DNA of 64,000 nucleotides from positions 110,492 to 174,491 of the forward strand of contig LCNZ01000006.1 in NCBI GenBank assembly GCA_001002325.1, read 5' to 3'. This document shows positions 10,309 through 19,685 of this stretch, piece by piece. The stretch is from Candidatus Amesbacteria bacterium GW2011_GWB1_47_19. Its GTDB lineage: Bacteria > Patescibacteriota > Microgenomatia > CAZETR01 > Amesbacteraceae. Under the pieces are notes generated by a model. It did not search any database. It saw nothing but the letters and a program-made list of their open reading frames with translations, and was not told the origin of the DNA. The first letter of the stretch is position 1; each line of letters begins with the position of its first letter. The position numbers and the translations under genes are program-made.

Positions 10309-10337
10309 AGCCTTCACACTCCCGGTGTGTGAAGGCT
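10309..10337. repeat. REP1 palindromic element, copy b
   Basis: Identical core to copy a. It contains the last five codons and the TGA stop of lon. Confidence 0.75.
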
Positions 10338-12758
10338 GAGGGGGAAAGAGTGTTTGGGACGGGGATGGCCGTTGGATAAGAGGGAGCGCAGGGCGACTTT
10401 GAGAACTTCATCCAGATGAGAGACGAAATGGAATTTGAGATCCCGTTTGACACTCTGGGGGACGTCTTCCAGATCTTTGCGGTTTTCCCGGGGAAGAATG
10501 ACCTGACGGATGCCGGCCCGGTGAGCGGCGATGACTTTTTCCTTTACTCCGCCGATTTCCAGCACTCGACCGCGCAGAGTAATTTCTCCCGTCATGGCCA
10601 AGTCCCGGCGGGTAGGCACTTTAGTAAGGGCTGAAATAATAGCCGTGGCAATGGCGATACCTGCAGACGGCCCATCCTTGGGAACCGCACCTTCGGGAAC
10701 GTGAATATGAATATCCATTTTTTTGTAAAAATCTTCTTTGAGGCCCAGAGTCTGCCAGCGGGTACGAATGTAGGAATAAGCGGCTTTGGCGGATTCTTTC
10801 ATAACATCACCCAGCTGGCCGGTGAGCTGGACATCCCCTTTGCCGGGCATAAGGGCAACTTCAATAAATATGATGTCCCCGCCGGCTTCGGTCCAGGCCA
10901 GGCCGGTACTCATACCGATCTCGTCCTTTTTTTCAGCTAAAGTTTCCGGAAAACGCTGAGGACCTAATAGTTTGCGGATGTCTGCCAGAGCAATTTCCGG
11001 TTTGACGCGCTTTTTTTCAGCCAATTGACGGGCGAGCTTGCGACAAATCTTGGCCAGATGGCGTTCCAAGTCTCGGACTCCGGCTTCGCGGGTATAACGA
11101 CTAGTGATTTCCTTCAGAGCCGCCGGGGACAGGCGTAATTTGTTGCCCATACCGTTGGCTGTCAGCTGTTTTGGCCAGAGGAAATCGGCGGCGATATGCT
11201 GTTTTTCATCCAGAGTGTAGCCGGGGAAGGTAATGACTTCCAGCCGGTCCCTGAGAGCCGGGGGGATAGTATCCAGGAGGTTGGCGGTAGTGATAAACAT
11301 GACCCGGGACAGATCGTACGGCACCTCCAGATAATGATCGGAAAACTCGCGATTTTGTTCGGGATCAAGAGCTTCCAGTAAAGCTGCAGAGGGGTCCCCG
11401 CGGTAATCGTTGGCCAGTTTGTCTATTTCGTCCAACATGAAGACCGGGTTACCGGTGCTGGCATTTTTCACCCCCTGAATGATCCGGCCGGGCATACTGC
11501 CGACGTAAGTCCGGCGATGACCCCGGATTTCTGCTTCGTCACGGACACCGCCAAGAGACACCCGTACGAACTTGCGCCCCAGGGACCTGGCTATGGATTT
11601 ACCGATGGAGGTTTTACCCACACCGGGAGGGCCGACGAAACACAAAATGGTTGGTCCTGATGAGCTTTCTTCCTGAGGCTGACGGGCTTTCAGTTTCATA
11701 ACAGCCAGGTATTCCAGTATCCGCTCTTTGACCTTTTTCAAACCGAAATGGTCCGCGTCCAAAACCTTGGCGGCTTTGTCTATGGAAACATGGTTTGGGG
11801 AAAGATGGCTCCAGGGCATATCCACCAGCCAGTCGAGGTAAGTGTGGATGTAATTGGATTCGGGATTCTGGGGACTCATCTGGGCCAGACGGTTTAATTC
11901 TTTCTCGGCTTTGGCGCGAACAGGGGCGGGCATGCGGGCTTGTTTGATTTTTTTTCTGAAGACGGAAATGTCATCATCTTCCTCACTGTTGTCGGCACCC
12001 AGTTTTTCCAATTCCTCCTGAATGGTTTTTTTGCGCTCGCGCAGTACCTGCTCCCGCATATTTTTTTCAAATTTGGCGTGGGTTTTTGAGGATATGGATT
12101 TTTCCAGCTCCAGAACTTTGACTTCATGAACGAGGTAATGCAACACTTCATCGAGACGTTTGTCCACCGACAGGTTTTCCAGCAAACCCTGTTTGATCTG
12201 GGTGGAAATCTCCAGAGAGTTGGCGACCTGGTCCGCCAGTTCGGAAGCGGAAACTCCGGCCATGAGGCGCATGAATACCGGAAAATCCACGGATTTACCC
12301 AGGTTGAAAGCGTTTTTGAATTCCGTAATCACCTGTCGGGCGAGAGCTACCAGCTGGTCGTTTTCGGTCTGCTGTTCGGGCAAAATGTGAACGGGAGCGG
12401 CGAAAAAAGGTTCGGTGGATGAGTAAGGGCCGATTTTTACCCGGGTAACACCCCGGACCTGAGCCAGAATTTCCTGGCCGTAAGGGGCTACCTGTTCAAT
12501 TGTGCATAAAGTGCCGATCGGATAAAGATCGTCGGGAGTCGGAACAGCGGTAGAATTTTTCTGGGCGACAAAAATTATTTTTTTATCCTGATGAACGGCT
12601 GTTTCTATAGCGGCGTTGCTTTTTGGCCGGCCGAATGTCAGATGAGCTTCAGTGTGAGGAAAAACCACACCTTCACGCAGTGCAACAACCGGGAAAGTCC
12701 GGGGCGTTTGGGGCGCAGGAGTTCCGGGGACAGGGACACGATTTATGGAAAACGCCAT
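10314..12758 (-). CDS. lon: ATP-dependent Lon protease
   Basis: Lon N-domain, AAA+ Walker A (GPPGVGKTS) and the Ser-Lys protease domain ([19 protein letters not shown]). The C-terminal ...HTPGV* is encoded inside REP1. Confidence 0.95.
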   Translation of the reverse strand: MAFSINRVPVPGTPAPQTPRTFPVVALREGVVFPHTEAHLTFGRPKSNAAIETAVHQDKKIIFVAQKNSTAVPTPDDLYPIGTLCTIEQVAPYGQEILAQVRGVTRVKIGPYSSTEPFFAAPVHILPEQQTENDQLVALARQVITEFKNAFNLGKSVDFPVFMRLMAGVSASELADQVANSLEISTQIKQGLLENLSVDKRLDEVLHYLVHEVKVLELEKSISSKTHAKFEKNMREQVLRERKKTIQEELEKLGADNSEEDDDISVFRKKIKQARMPAPVRAKAEKELNRLAQMSPQNPESNYIHTYLDWLVDMPWSHLSPNHVSIDKAAKVLDADHFGLKKVKERILEYLAVMKLKARQPQEESSSGPTILCFVGPPGVGKTSIGKSIARSLGRKFVRVSLGGVRDEAEIRGHRRTYVGSMPGRIIQGVKNASTGNPVFMLDEIDKLANDYRGDPSAALLEALDPEQNREFSDHYLEVPYDLSRVMFITTANLLDTIPPALRDRLEVITFPGYTLDEKQHIAADFLWPKQLTANGMGNKLRLSPAALKEITSRYTREAGVRDLERHLAKICRKLARQLAEKKRVKPEIALADIRKLLGPQRFPETLAEKKDEIGMSTGLAWTEAGGDIIFIEVALMPGKGDVQLTGQLGDVMKESAKAAYSYIRTRWQTLGLKEDFYKKMDIHIHVPEGAVPKDGPSAGIAIATAIISALTKVPTRRDLAMTGEITLRGRVLEIGGVKEKVIAAHRAGIRQVILPRENRKDLEDVPQSVKRDLKFHFVSHLDEVLKVALRSLLSNGHPRPKHSFPLSLHTPGV

Positions 12759-12792
12759 AACTTTAGCAGTCTAGCATTGTGACTGATAGGTG

Positions 12793-13233
12793 TCAACCCC
12801 ATGCTCCGTTTCTGGAGACGATGTAGGCCACTGTAAGAGAAATAACCACACCTCCGAGAATATCCGGCAACGTATGCACTCCAACTGCGACCCGGGAAAA
12901 TGCCACCAGAAAAGCTGCCGGGAGCAGCCAAAGACCCGGTTTCCGGCGGATAAAAATCAGAAAGAACACCGGTGTCAGGGCAACTATTGCGTGGTTGCTG
13001 GGAAATGAACCGTCTAAAAGAACCGGAATCAGCGGAAGCCGACCGGAAACAATATAAGGCCGTGGCAGATAATAAAGATTTTTTATGACAAAACCGACAG
13101 CCCAAGCAATACCCAGACTCAGCAGCGCCCCCCGAGCGGTACGATTTTGTCCCCCCAACCAGAGAACCGGAATGACCAGCAGAACGACATAAATTAAATA
13201 TTCAGCACAAAAAATGGACATTAGGGGAAGCAT
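12793..13233 (-). CDS. PAP2-family phosphatase (undecaprenyl-diphosphatase-like)
   Basis: PAP2 motifs KNLYYLPRP, PSNH and SRVAVGVHTLPD, with multiple TM segments. The start was moved to an internal Met to avoid overlapping the upstream gene. Confidence 0.7.
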   Translation of the reverse strand: MLPLMSIFCAEYLIYVVLLVIPVLWLGGQNRTARGALLSLGIAWAVGFVIKNLYYLPRPYIVSGRLPLIPVLLDGSFPSNHAIVALTPVFFLIFIRRKPGLWLLPAAFLVAFSRVAVGVHTLPDILGGVVISLTVAYIVSRNGAWG

Positions 13234-13241
13234 CCTATTAA

Positions 13242-13922
13242 TCAGTTGTGCACGATCACCCGGGTGCCGGGATTTTCTGCCGTGGAACGGACGTAAGATT
13301 TGCCCGGAGTCAGTGGCGGATCGGTCCAATAAAAGAGTTTTTCGGCAATGCTGGTAGGAGCATTGACACAGCCATGACTCATACGGTGGCCGAAGTTACT
13401 GTGCCAGTAGGTGCCGTGAATGCCGTAGCTGCCGAAGAAAAACATGGCATAAGGCACATTGGGCAGATAGTAATATGTCCGGTTCAGGCGACTGCCGCCT
13501 TCCATTTTGGTGGACCGGATTTTGTACCAAATGCGATACTCCCCCACCGGGGTGCGATTTCCCAAACCACTGGAAATCAGACTGTCGGTGAAGACCTGGC
13601 CCCCTTCATGGGCTATCAGTTTTTGTTTCCCCAAATCAATTTCTATCCATTTATTGTCATTAACCCCCAGAACCTGCGCGGCGGGATCGGATTTTTCTAG
13701 AGCCAGACCGGAGTCGTTTTGGGCTCCGGGGGGAGTCAGCGTCCGGTTTTGCCAGACGGCGATAGTTTCCGTGGGATCGAATAAACCATCGGCGGTTTGG
13801 GGGGTGCAACCCGGAGCGGAGGCGGCGGAGGAAAAAGCAGTAAGACTGACGCGGAGAACTACAATTGCGGCTATGCCCCCCAGAGTAACAAGGAGCAGTG
13901 ACCGGGACAGGCGCATACTCAA
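13242..13922 (-). CDS. L,D-transpeptidase (YkuD domain)
   Basis: N-terminal signal/TM segment and a catalytic domain with YGIHGT...SHGCVN (His/Cys). Confidence 0.8.
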   Translation of the reverse strand: MSMRLSRSLLLVTLGGIAAIVVLRVSLTAFSSAASAPGCTPQTADGLFDPTETIAVWQNRTLTPPGAQNDSGLALEKSDPAAQVLGVNDNKWIEIDLGKQKLIAHEGGQVFTDSLISSGLGNRTPVGEYRIWYKIRSTKMEGGSRLNRTYYYLPNVPYAMFFFGSYGIHGTYWHSNFGHRMSHGCVNAPTSIAEKLFYWTDPPLTPGKSYVRSTAENPGTRVIVHN

Positions 13923-13955
13923 ATCAATTTACATGATGATACCCGATAAGACAAG

Positions 13956-14783
13956 ATGAACTTGCATGGTACTATTAGCTTGATTATGCCAAATACGGAA
14001 AATCCGGTCAGACTATCCCCGAACGAACAGGCTGTTGTCGATATACAGACTCAAGTGTTGGCCGGGCTGGATAACCGGGGGGTGATTTGGCAGACTGCGG
14101 CAGCTATTGTGGCCGGATACCGTATCAATATTGGGGAAGATGCCACAGCTTTTTTAAGAAAGAGACGGAAAGTCCCGACGGCTCATTTTGTTGACTGGGA
14201 GGAAAGGGTGGAAAGTGGAGAAGTCTTCGGATCGAAAGGCAAGATAAACTTCACGCCCGACGGAGAAAAAATAATCTGTCATTTATGCGGTGGGGAATTT
14301 GACACTTTATCCGGGACACATCTGAATGCTCACGGGTTGGAAGACGGAGATGCTTACAGGGAACTACTGGGCTTGAACAGAAACCAACCGCTGGCTGCTC
14401 CCCGCTACAGTGAAAGGAAAAGGGAAACTGCATTGAGAATAAATTCCGCAAAATATTTTTTTGATACGGGCCACCGTTTTCAACAAGGATATGACCAGCG
14501 CAGGACAAAGCCTAAAAGACCGCAATTTGTGATAGAGCACCGCCAAATTTCCGATAACAAAAGAGAGAAGGGTGAAATTCCGCCAAGTAGATCTGGCCTT
14601 CCGCCGAATTTCAGAGCCTTAAATTACGCGGGAAGATTTAATCTGTACGGTAAGTCATACTTTTTCAGTAAAAAGGCGACGGGGCCCGTGGAAATACTGA
14701 ATATCACTGACAAGGAAATTACCATCCGGGGTACTTTAAAAGACGGCAGCATACGGGAAAGAAGTTATAAAAGAAGACGTTAA
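13956..14783 (+). CDS. Hypothetical protein with a MucR/Ros-like zinc finger
   Basis: IICHLCGGEFDTLSGTHLNAHGL...YRELLGL...PLAAPRYSE resembles the Ros/MucR CX2C-H-X3-H finger and its following helix. The C-terminus is very basic. Confidence 0.5.
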   Translation: MNLHGTISLIMPNTENPVRLSPNEQAVVDIQTQVLAGLDNRGVIWQTAAAIVAGYRINIGEDATAFLRKRRKVPTAHFVDWEERVESGEVFGSKGKINFTPDGEKIICHLCGGEFDTLSGTHLNAHGLEDGDAYRELLGLNRNQPLAAPRYSERKRETALRINSAKYFFDTGHRFQQGYDQRRTKPKRPQFVIEHRQISDNKREKGEIPPSRSGLPPNFRALNYAGRFNLYGKSYFFSKKATGPVEILNITDKEITIRGTLKDGSIRERSYKRRR

Positions 14784-14823
14784 AAAATCCCCGAAGGGGA
14801 TACAGACGATATGCATTTTAAGT

Positions 14824-15297
14824 TCAGCGGGTGACGGAGATGAGGGGGTCGAGCTCGCCGGTGGCGTAGATAGTAACCCGGTTATTGGTGGCACTGACCG
14901 AGACTTCATATCCTGTCTGGTAAGCCGTGGTGCAATCCGTAACCGGGGTACCGGTACCTACCTGGGGATCGACGGGCAGGGCGGCCAGGTAATCGGTAAC
15001 GACGTCGGCACAGATATCCGCTTCAACGGAGGGGTCGGGGGTGGCGCTTCTCTGGATGGGCATAGGGGTCGCGGCCACCTGGGCCAATCCTGCAGGTAGA
15101 ATACCGCGGTTGTCCGCTCCGAACTGATGAATGGCGTTCAAAATGGAATTGACGTCACTGCGACGCTTGGTATCGTTGGACTGGGCAAATTGGCGGGCGG
15201 GGTTGATAGCAATCAGCGTGATGGTAAGAAGGACGGCTAGTACTCCGATGACTACAAGAAGTTCGATGAGCGTGAAGCCTTTTCTAAACTTGGGCAT
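14824..15297 (-). CDS. Type IV pilin (major pilin-like)
   Basis: Class III signal peptide followed by the N-methylation motif KGFTLIELLVVIGVLA. Confidence 0.8.
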   Translation of the reverse strand: MPKFRKGFTLIELLVVIGVLAVLLTITLIAINPARQFAQSNDTKRRSDVNSILNAIHQFGADNRGILPAGLAQVAATPMPIQRSATPDPSVEADICADVVTDYLAALPVDPQVGTGTPVTDCTTAYQTGYEVSVSATNNRVTIYATGELDPLISVTR

Positions 15298-15330
15298 TGT
15301 ATATATGCTAGACCTTTTGAAAAGTGTTTG

Positions 15331-16410
15331 TCAAGGGGTAACCCTGCCGGTGGTGATAATGGCATCGTATTGGGTGTCGGTGCCTTCCCTGGTAGTAGCA
15401 TCGGGATAAAGGGATTGGACGACACCGGATATCCATTGGCGGACGTTTTGCGGCAACTCTTTGGAGAATACCATCTGGGTTACGCCGGTATTGACCCGGG
15501 GGGAATTACCGGTCACCAGGCTGGTGAATCCGGCTTCGCGGAGTCTGGCCTCCACCGCTGCTGCCTGACCGGCAATTCCGGATCCGTTGAGGACCTGGAC
15601 CGTAGTTTGACTCAGTAACTGCGCTGACGGAGTGGCCAACGGAGCCGGAGTAACAGTCGGCGAGGGGCGGGTGGTAGGCTTGACTGCCGCGGGAGTGATC
15701 CTGGCTGACGGACGGGCCCGGGATTTGGGTTTGGTGGCCGGGACCACCAATAATAAGTAGACCATAACTCCGAACAGCACCATGAAAGCCAGAGAAAAAA
15801 TAACCAGAGGAATTTTGTAGCGGTTGACGAATACCTGCTCTTTCTGGTGGAGCTCAGTTATTTGTTCCGGCGGAGTGGTGAAGCTGTTTTCGGCCAGATA
15901 GTCAAGTTTTTTGTAGATTACCCGGCAGGATTGGGCGGAAAATTCCTTGGGAGCGTTGATGGCTCCCAGCACAAAATTGGGGATAACGGAATGAATCCGG
16001 AAATTTAACTGTTCAAAAACCTGCTCTATGGTTTCGTACAGATCCCGGTTGATGACCGCGAGTTTGTACCCGGCGGGAATGTGAAAAAGTTTGGCGCTGA
16101 CGGTGGGAAAGGGTACAGTGTCGATAAATTTTTGGGTCTCTTCGGGGGTAGGCGGGACATTGCCGATATAGTTTTTTTCAAAATAGACCATTTCCGCCAG
16201 GATTATGACCAGGGGTGCCGGTTTGAGCTGGCTTTTCAGAATGAATTCCTGCAGTTTGGCGGTGAGTTCGTTTTTGTCTTTTACCTCCAGGTCGGAAATC
16301 ATGGCCGGGGTCAGGGGAAAGACAGCCGGGGCGGAAGTGGCATGGGTACAAAAAAAGATTTTGTCCCGGGAGACATTGATGACAAGCGGAGGGGCAGGTT
16401 TTTTGGCCAT
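15331..16410 (-). CDS. Membrane protein with a C-terminal LytR_C domain, probably a pilus-cluster assembly component
   Basis: A cytoplasmic N-domain, one TM helix, a Pro/Thr-rich linker and a LytR_C-like domain (VQVLNGSGIAGQAAAVEARLREAGF...). The start was chosen at MAKKP to avoid overlap. Confidence 0.5.
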   Translation of the reverse strand: MAKKPAPPLVINVSRDKIFFCTHATSAPAVFPLTPAMISDLEVKDKNELTAKLQEFILKSQLKPAPLVIILAEMVYFEKNYIGNVPPTPEETQKFIDTVPFPTVSAKLFHIPAGYKLAVINRDLYETIEQVFEQLNFRIHSVIPNFVLGAINAPKEFSAQSCRVIYKKLDYLAENSFTTPPEQITELHQKEQVFVNRYKIPLVIFSLAFMVLFGVMVYLLLVVPATKPKSRARPSARITPAAVKPTTRPSPTVTPAPLATPSAQLLSQTTVQVLNGSGIAGQAAAVEARLREAGFTSLVTGNSPRVNTGVTQMVFSKELPQNVRQWISGVVQSLYPDATTREGTDTQYDAIITTGRVTP

Positions 16411-16417
16411 AAATTTG

Positions 16418-16789
16418 TTAGGGAAATACCTCGGACCACGAGGTAACGGTAAGTATTCCCCCGTTGTAACCAGCGACGACACTGATACTGCGGGTATAAT
16501 CCCCCAGCGTACCGGTGGCGCCAATATTGAACGGATCCGAGCCGGTTACGGTAATTGTGGCAAGACCATCCCCTACTGTCAATGTCTCGCCGGTGTAGCC
16601 CGGGTTTCTTAACAGGCGCATGAGAGCGTTTTCGACTCCGGATTCGGTAACTGCCAGGGTAGCGGACATGCTTTCCAGAGCAGATGCGGACCGGGAATTG
16701 GCGATCATAACCACAATGGCCGCGGTGCTGATGATGACTGACATGGCAATAAATACCAACAGGAAAATGAGGGTCTGACCGCGGTGCAT
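16418..16789 (-). CDS. Minor pilin/pseudopilin-like protein
   Basis: An N-terminal hydrophobic prepilin-like segment (QTLIFLLVFIAMSV) and its position within the pilus cluster. Confidence 0.5.
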   Translation of the reverse strand: MHRGQTLIFLLVFIAMSVIISTAAIVVMIANSRSASALESMSATLAVTESGVENALMRLLRNPGYTGETLTVGDGLATITVTGSDPFNIGATGTLGDYTRSISVVAGYNGGILTVTSWSEVFP

Positions 16790-16797
16790 ATGATTTT

Positions 16798-17280
16798 TTA
16801 TCGTAAAGTAAAGGTGGTAGATAAACTTCTGGTTTCAAGATTTTGATTGAAAGACGTGGTCCGACCGGTAAGAACGATGTCCAACCGGATGCTGGGTTTG
16901 GAGTTGAGATCCCCCAACCGGGTAACGGAAAATCCGGTTAACTGGGTCCCGGAAGAAGTCAGGGCGGAAGTAACCCCATCGACTGTCAGCGTCAGGGAAC
17001 CGGATGAAGCGCCGTAAGTGTGATTGACACTATTGACAGTGATAGCGAGGCTGGAAGAAATTTCACCGGCCGAGGCGGGAGAGGTGACAGCTGTGGCCCT
17101 GCGGATGTCGTGACCAAAACGCGATAACAGATATAACTCATCCTGCTGAACCGCAGATACCGCCCGGGATTTGAGCTGGGTGTCGAGAACGGAAAAAAAG
17201 ATCTGACCGAAGATCACCAAAAATATGGACATCAAGGCCAGATAAATCAAAAGTTCCACCATGGTGAAAGCGCGGCGCAT
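16798..17280 (-). CDS. Prepilin-type pseudopilin
   Basis: The internal start MRRAFTMVELLIYLAL gives the canonical prepilin N-terminus. The longer ORF to 17598 overlaps the upstream gene. Confidence 0.7.
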   Translation of the reverse strand: MRRAFTMVELLIYLALMSIFLVIFGQIFFSVLDTQLKSRAVSAVQQDELYLLSRFGHDIRRATAVTSPASAGEISSSLAITVNSVNHTYGASSGSLTLTVDGVTSALTSSGTQLTGFSVTRLGDLNSKPSIRLDIVLTGRTTSFNQNLETRSLSTTFTLR

Positions 17281-17284
17281 AGAA

Positions 17285-19204
17285 TCAGGGCGAGTAATTA
17301 ACGGAAACATCATAGAAAACGGGGGTGGCATTCTGGTCTGTAGTGGAGAAAAAAACCTTGTACCTGAAACAACGGCCGGGATTTTCGTAACCGATACCGT
17401 CGTCACTGAAAGGAATAGCGGCGGGTGAAGTGAAAAAAGTGCCGCTGGTACCGTCCGGGCCGACAAAAACAAACCCGGCGTCGTTACAGCCGTCACTGCC
17501 GGCATCGGCGACAGCGACCTGAAAATTAATATCGGACTGATCCGGCCGGATGTAATTGGCGAAAAAACGGTTGAAGGCCAGCTGATACCCCAGATCAAAA
17601 GTCGCGGATTCGTAGGAACCGGAAGTAGAGTATTTTCCTCCCGGGCCGCCTTCGATGATTTTCAGCTCCGTGCCGGCATCCCCGGTAATAATATAGGAAT
17701 AAGCATCCCCGTCTGCTTCTATCACCGAAGCCACCCCGTTGACCCCGGTATCGATATTCAGGCCTCCGCATTCGGCAGGAGCGGATTCGTCGGTAATGTT
17801 TATGACCTGGTATTCCTGACCGCCGGTACCCACCAAGACGGCCTTGTTTCCGGGAACCACGGTGATGCCTTTGGGGCTCATGCCACTGGCTTCATAGCTA
17901 CCCAGGACAGGACGGTCACCGGTTTTGGTGGAAATGTCCAGAATAAACATTTCCCGCTGGGATGAGGAAGCGGAGGTAGCCAGATAAGCCCGGGTGGCGG
18001 AGAGGTTGATGTAAACATCCCGGCCGTCGGTACCGTCCACATTAGCCTGTCCCACAACCGCCAGTGAGGCCGGGTTGGTAACATCTAATATCTGCATCTC
18101 CGTACCGGAAGAACCTGAAACAGAGACGAAAGCATAATTACCAACGACGATGACTTTGGTGCCGGTGCCGGCAAGAGTAAGAGCCCCCAGTTGGGGCCGG
18201 GATCCGGAACGGCTGGAGAGATCGAAAGTGCGGAAAATATTATTCTGGGTCATATAGCCCACATTGCCGGTTACATAAACACTGTTGGCGTCGGCCTGAC
18301 CGGCGGCATCGAAGTAGCCGGCTTCGGTATAGGGGGAGGCAGAAAGAGCGATAATTTCGATTTCTTTATCGTTAGTGTCCGTAGCCAGGTAGGCATATTC
18401 ACCGTAGCCGTTGGATTCTCCGAAAATATCGTTTGTCTTGAAGCCGTCGAAAGTGCCGGTGATGGAGGCGGAAGGCGGATTGGTATTGGCAATGAACACG
18501 TCGGCAAAAGAAATGCCGGAGGCATTTTCCCCGGTGCCGGCAAATGCCCGGCCTTCGATAGCCGTCAGGGCATTGGCGACACCTTGGTTGGGTAAATCCA
18601 GAGCAGTAATAGATAGATTGGGATCGCACCACTGACCGGTGCCGCCGGAGCTGAGGGCAACTTCCCCGCCGGCGGTGTTGGTGATAGTGGTGCCGATGCG
18701 GGCTCCGGTAAGAAATTCGGCTTCGGTAGTTTGGATGTAAGCGTCATTTTCCAGATAGCGGGTGAGGTAGGCGGAAAAACTTACGGAAGCCGGCATGGGG
18801 ACGGACCAGGAGACGGTATGGGTAATAAGCTTGGTGGAAGGATCCAGGTTGCCCCCGGTGGTGACAATTTCTCCTGAGGAATTACGGCGGACATCGGCAA
18901 TAGTGAGCGACCGGACAAAATCGCCAATTACCTGTGTGCCGGGAACCAGTGTCCAGGTACCGGAGCTGGGGACCGGATGGTAAGTGCCGTTGACGGCAAA
19001 AGTCGTCCAGCCTCTGGCCCGGACGACCCGGACGGCTTCGAAACTTTCAGTAACCAGGGCTACGGCGGTCGTCCGCTGCCGGGCGTTTGGCTGGCCGGTG
19101 CGGGAAGCTACCAACCCGGTTAACAGAGCCGGAAGCAAAATGGAGGTTAGTCCCATTGCCAGGACAATTTCGATAATGGTTTGGCCCTTTCTTTTGATAT
19201 TCAT
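17285..19204 (-). CDS. Large prepilin-type protein (639 aa), pilus tip/adhesin-like
   Basis: Prepilin N-terminus KGQTIIEIVLAMGL, followed by a large Gly/Thr/Ser-rich region with beta-propeller-like repeats. Confidence 0.6.
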   Translation of the reverse strand: MNIKRKGQTIIEIVLAMGLTSILLPALLTGLVASRTGQPNARQRTTAVALVTESFEAVRVVRARGWTTFAVNGTYHPVPSSGTWTLVPGTQVIGDFVRSLTIADVRRNSSGEIVTTGGNLDPSTKLITHTVSWSVPMPASVSFSAYLTRYLENDAYIQTTEAEFLTGARIGTTITNTAGGEVALSSGGTGQWCDPNLSITALDLPNQGVANALTAIEGRAFAGTGENASGISFADVFIANTNPPSASITGTFDGFKTNDIFGESNGYGEYAYLATDTNDKEIEIIALSASPYTEAGYFDAAGQADANSVYVTGNVGYMTQNNIFRTFDLSSRSGSRPQLGALTLAGTGTKVIVVGNYAFVSVSGSSGTEMQILDVTNPASLAVVGQANVDGTDGRDVYINLSATRAYLATSASSSQREMFILDISTKTGDRPVLGSYEASGMSPKGITVVPGNKAVLVGTGGQEYQVINITDESAPAECGGLNIDTGVNGVASVIEADGDAYSYIITGDAGTELKIIEGGPGGKYSTSGSYESATFDLGYQLAFNRFFANYIRPDQSDINFQVAVADAGSDGCNDAGFVFVGPDGTSGTFFTSPAAIPFSDDGIGYENPGRCFRYKVFFSTTDQNATPVFYDVSVNYSP

Positions 19205-19210
19205 GGTTAA

Positions 19211-19684
19211 CTAATCGGCTGATACGACAGTGCCGAATTGATTCAGGACAACCGTTGCAGCCACTTTTTCCAGGGAATCGTTCAGGGTAAAAGTCGCCTG
19301 GCCGGGAGAAAAACCGGAAATCTCGCCGCTGCCGGCCAAAAATACCACGGATGAGCCGGGGAACCCGACGGCGGAAAAGTTCTGACCGGGATCCAGATTT
19401 ATGTCAAAATTTGCAGGATCCGCGGCCGAAAAGGATACCCCCCTGAACAGAGTATAACCGTCCGAACCGAAATAAATGCCGTATCCGGCGGGGGGAGCGG
19501 CACCTTCGGTATCCCCGGACATAGCTTTCAGCCGCTGGGAATTAAGATCCGTTAGGATAACGGTCATGGCGGAGGCAAAAGACGAGCGGTTCCGAGAAGA
19601 CAGGAGACTGACGCTGGAAAAGCTGAGAATCACGGCAATTATTCCCAGGGTGATAAGCATTTCCACCAGTGTAAAACCACGCAT
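19211..19684 (-). CDS. Prepilin-type pseudopilin (GspH/FimT-like)
   Basis: The internal start MRGFTLVEMLITLGII gives a prepilin N-terminus. It abuts the pilC stop. Confidence 0.7.
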   Translation of the reverse strand: MRGFTLVEMLITLGIIAVILSFSSVSLLSSRNRSSFASAMTVILTDLNSQRLKAMSGDTEGAAPPAGYGIYFGSDGYTLFRGVSFSAADPANFDINLDPGQNFSAVGFPGSSVVFLAGSGEISGFSPGQATFTLNDSLEKVAATVVLNQFGTVVSAD

Positions 19685-19685
19685 G

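Noticed and set aside
18191-18983. Multiple short ORFs on both strands inside the 639-aa prepilin-type gene
   Set aside because: Shadow ORFs created by GC-rich, Gly/Thr codon-repetitive coding sequence.
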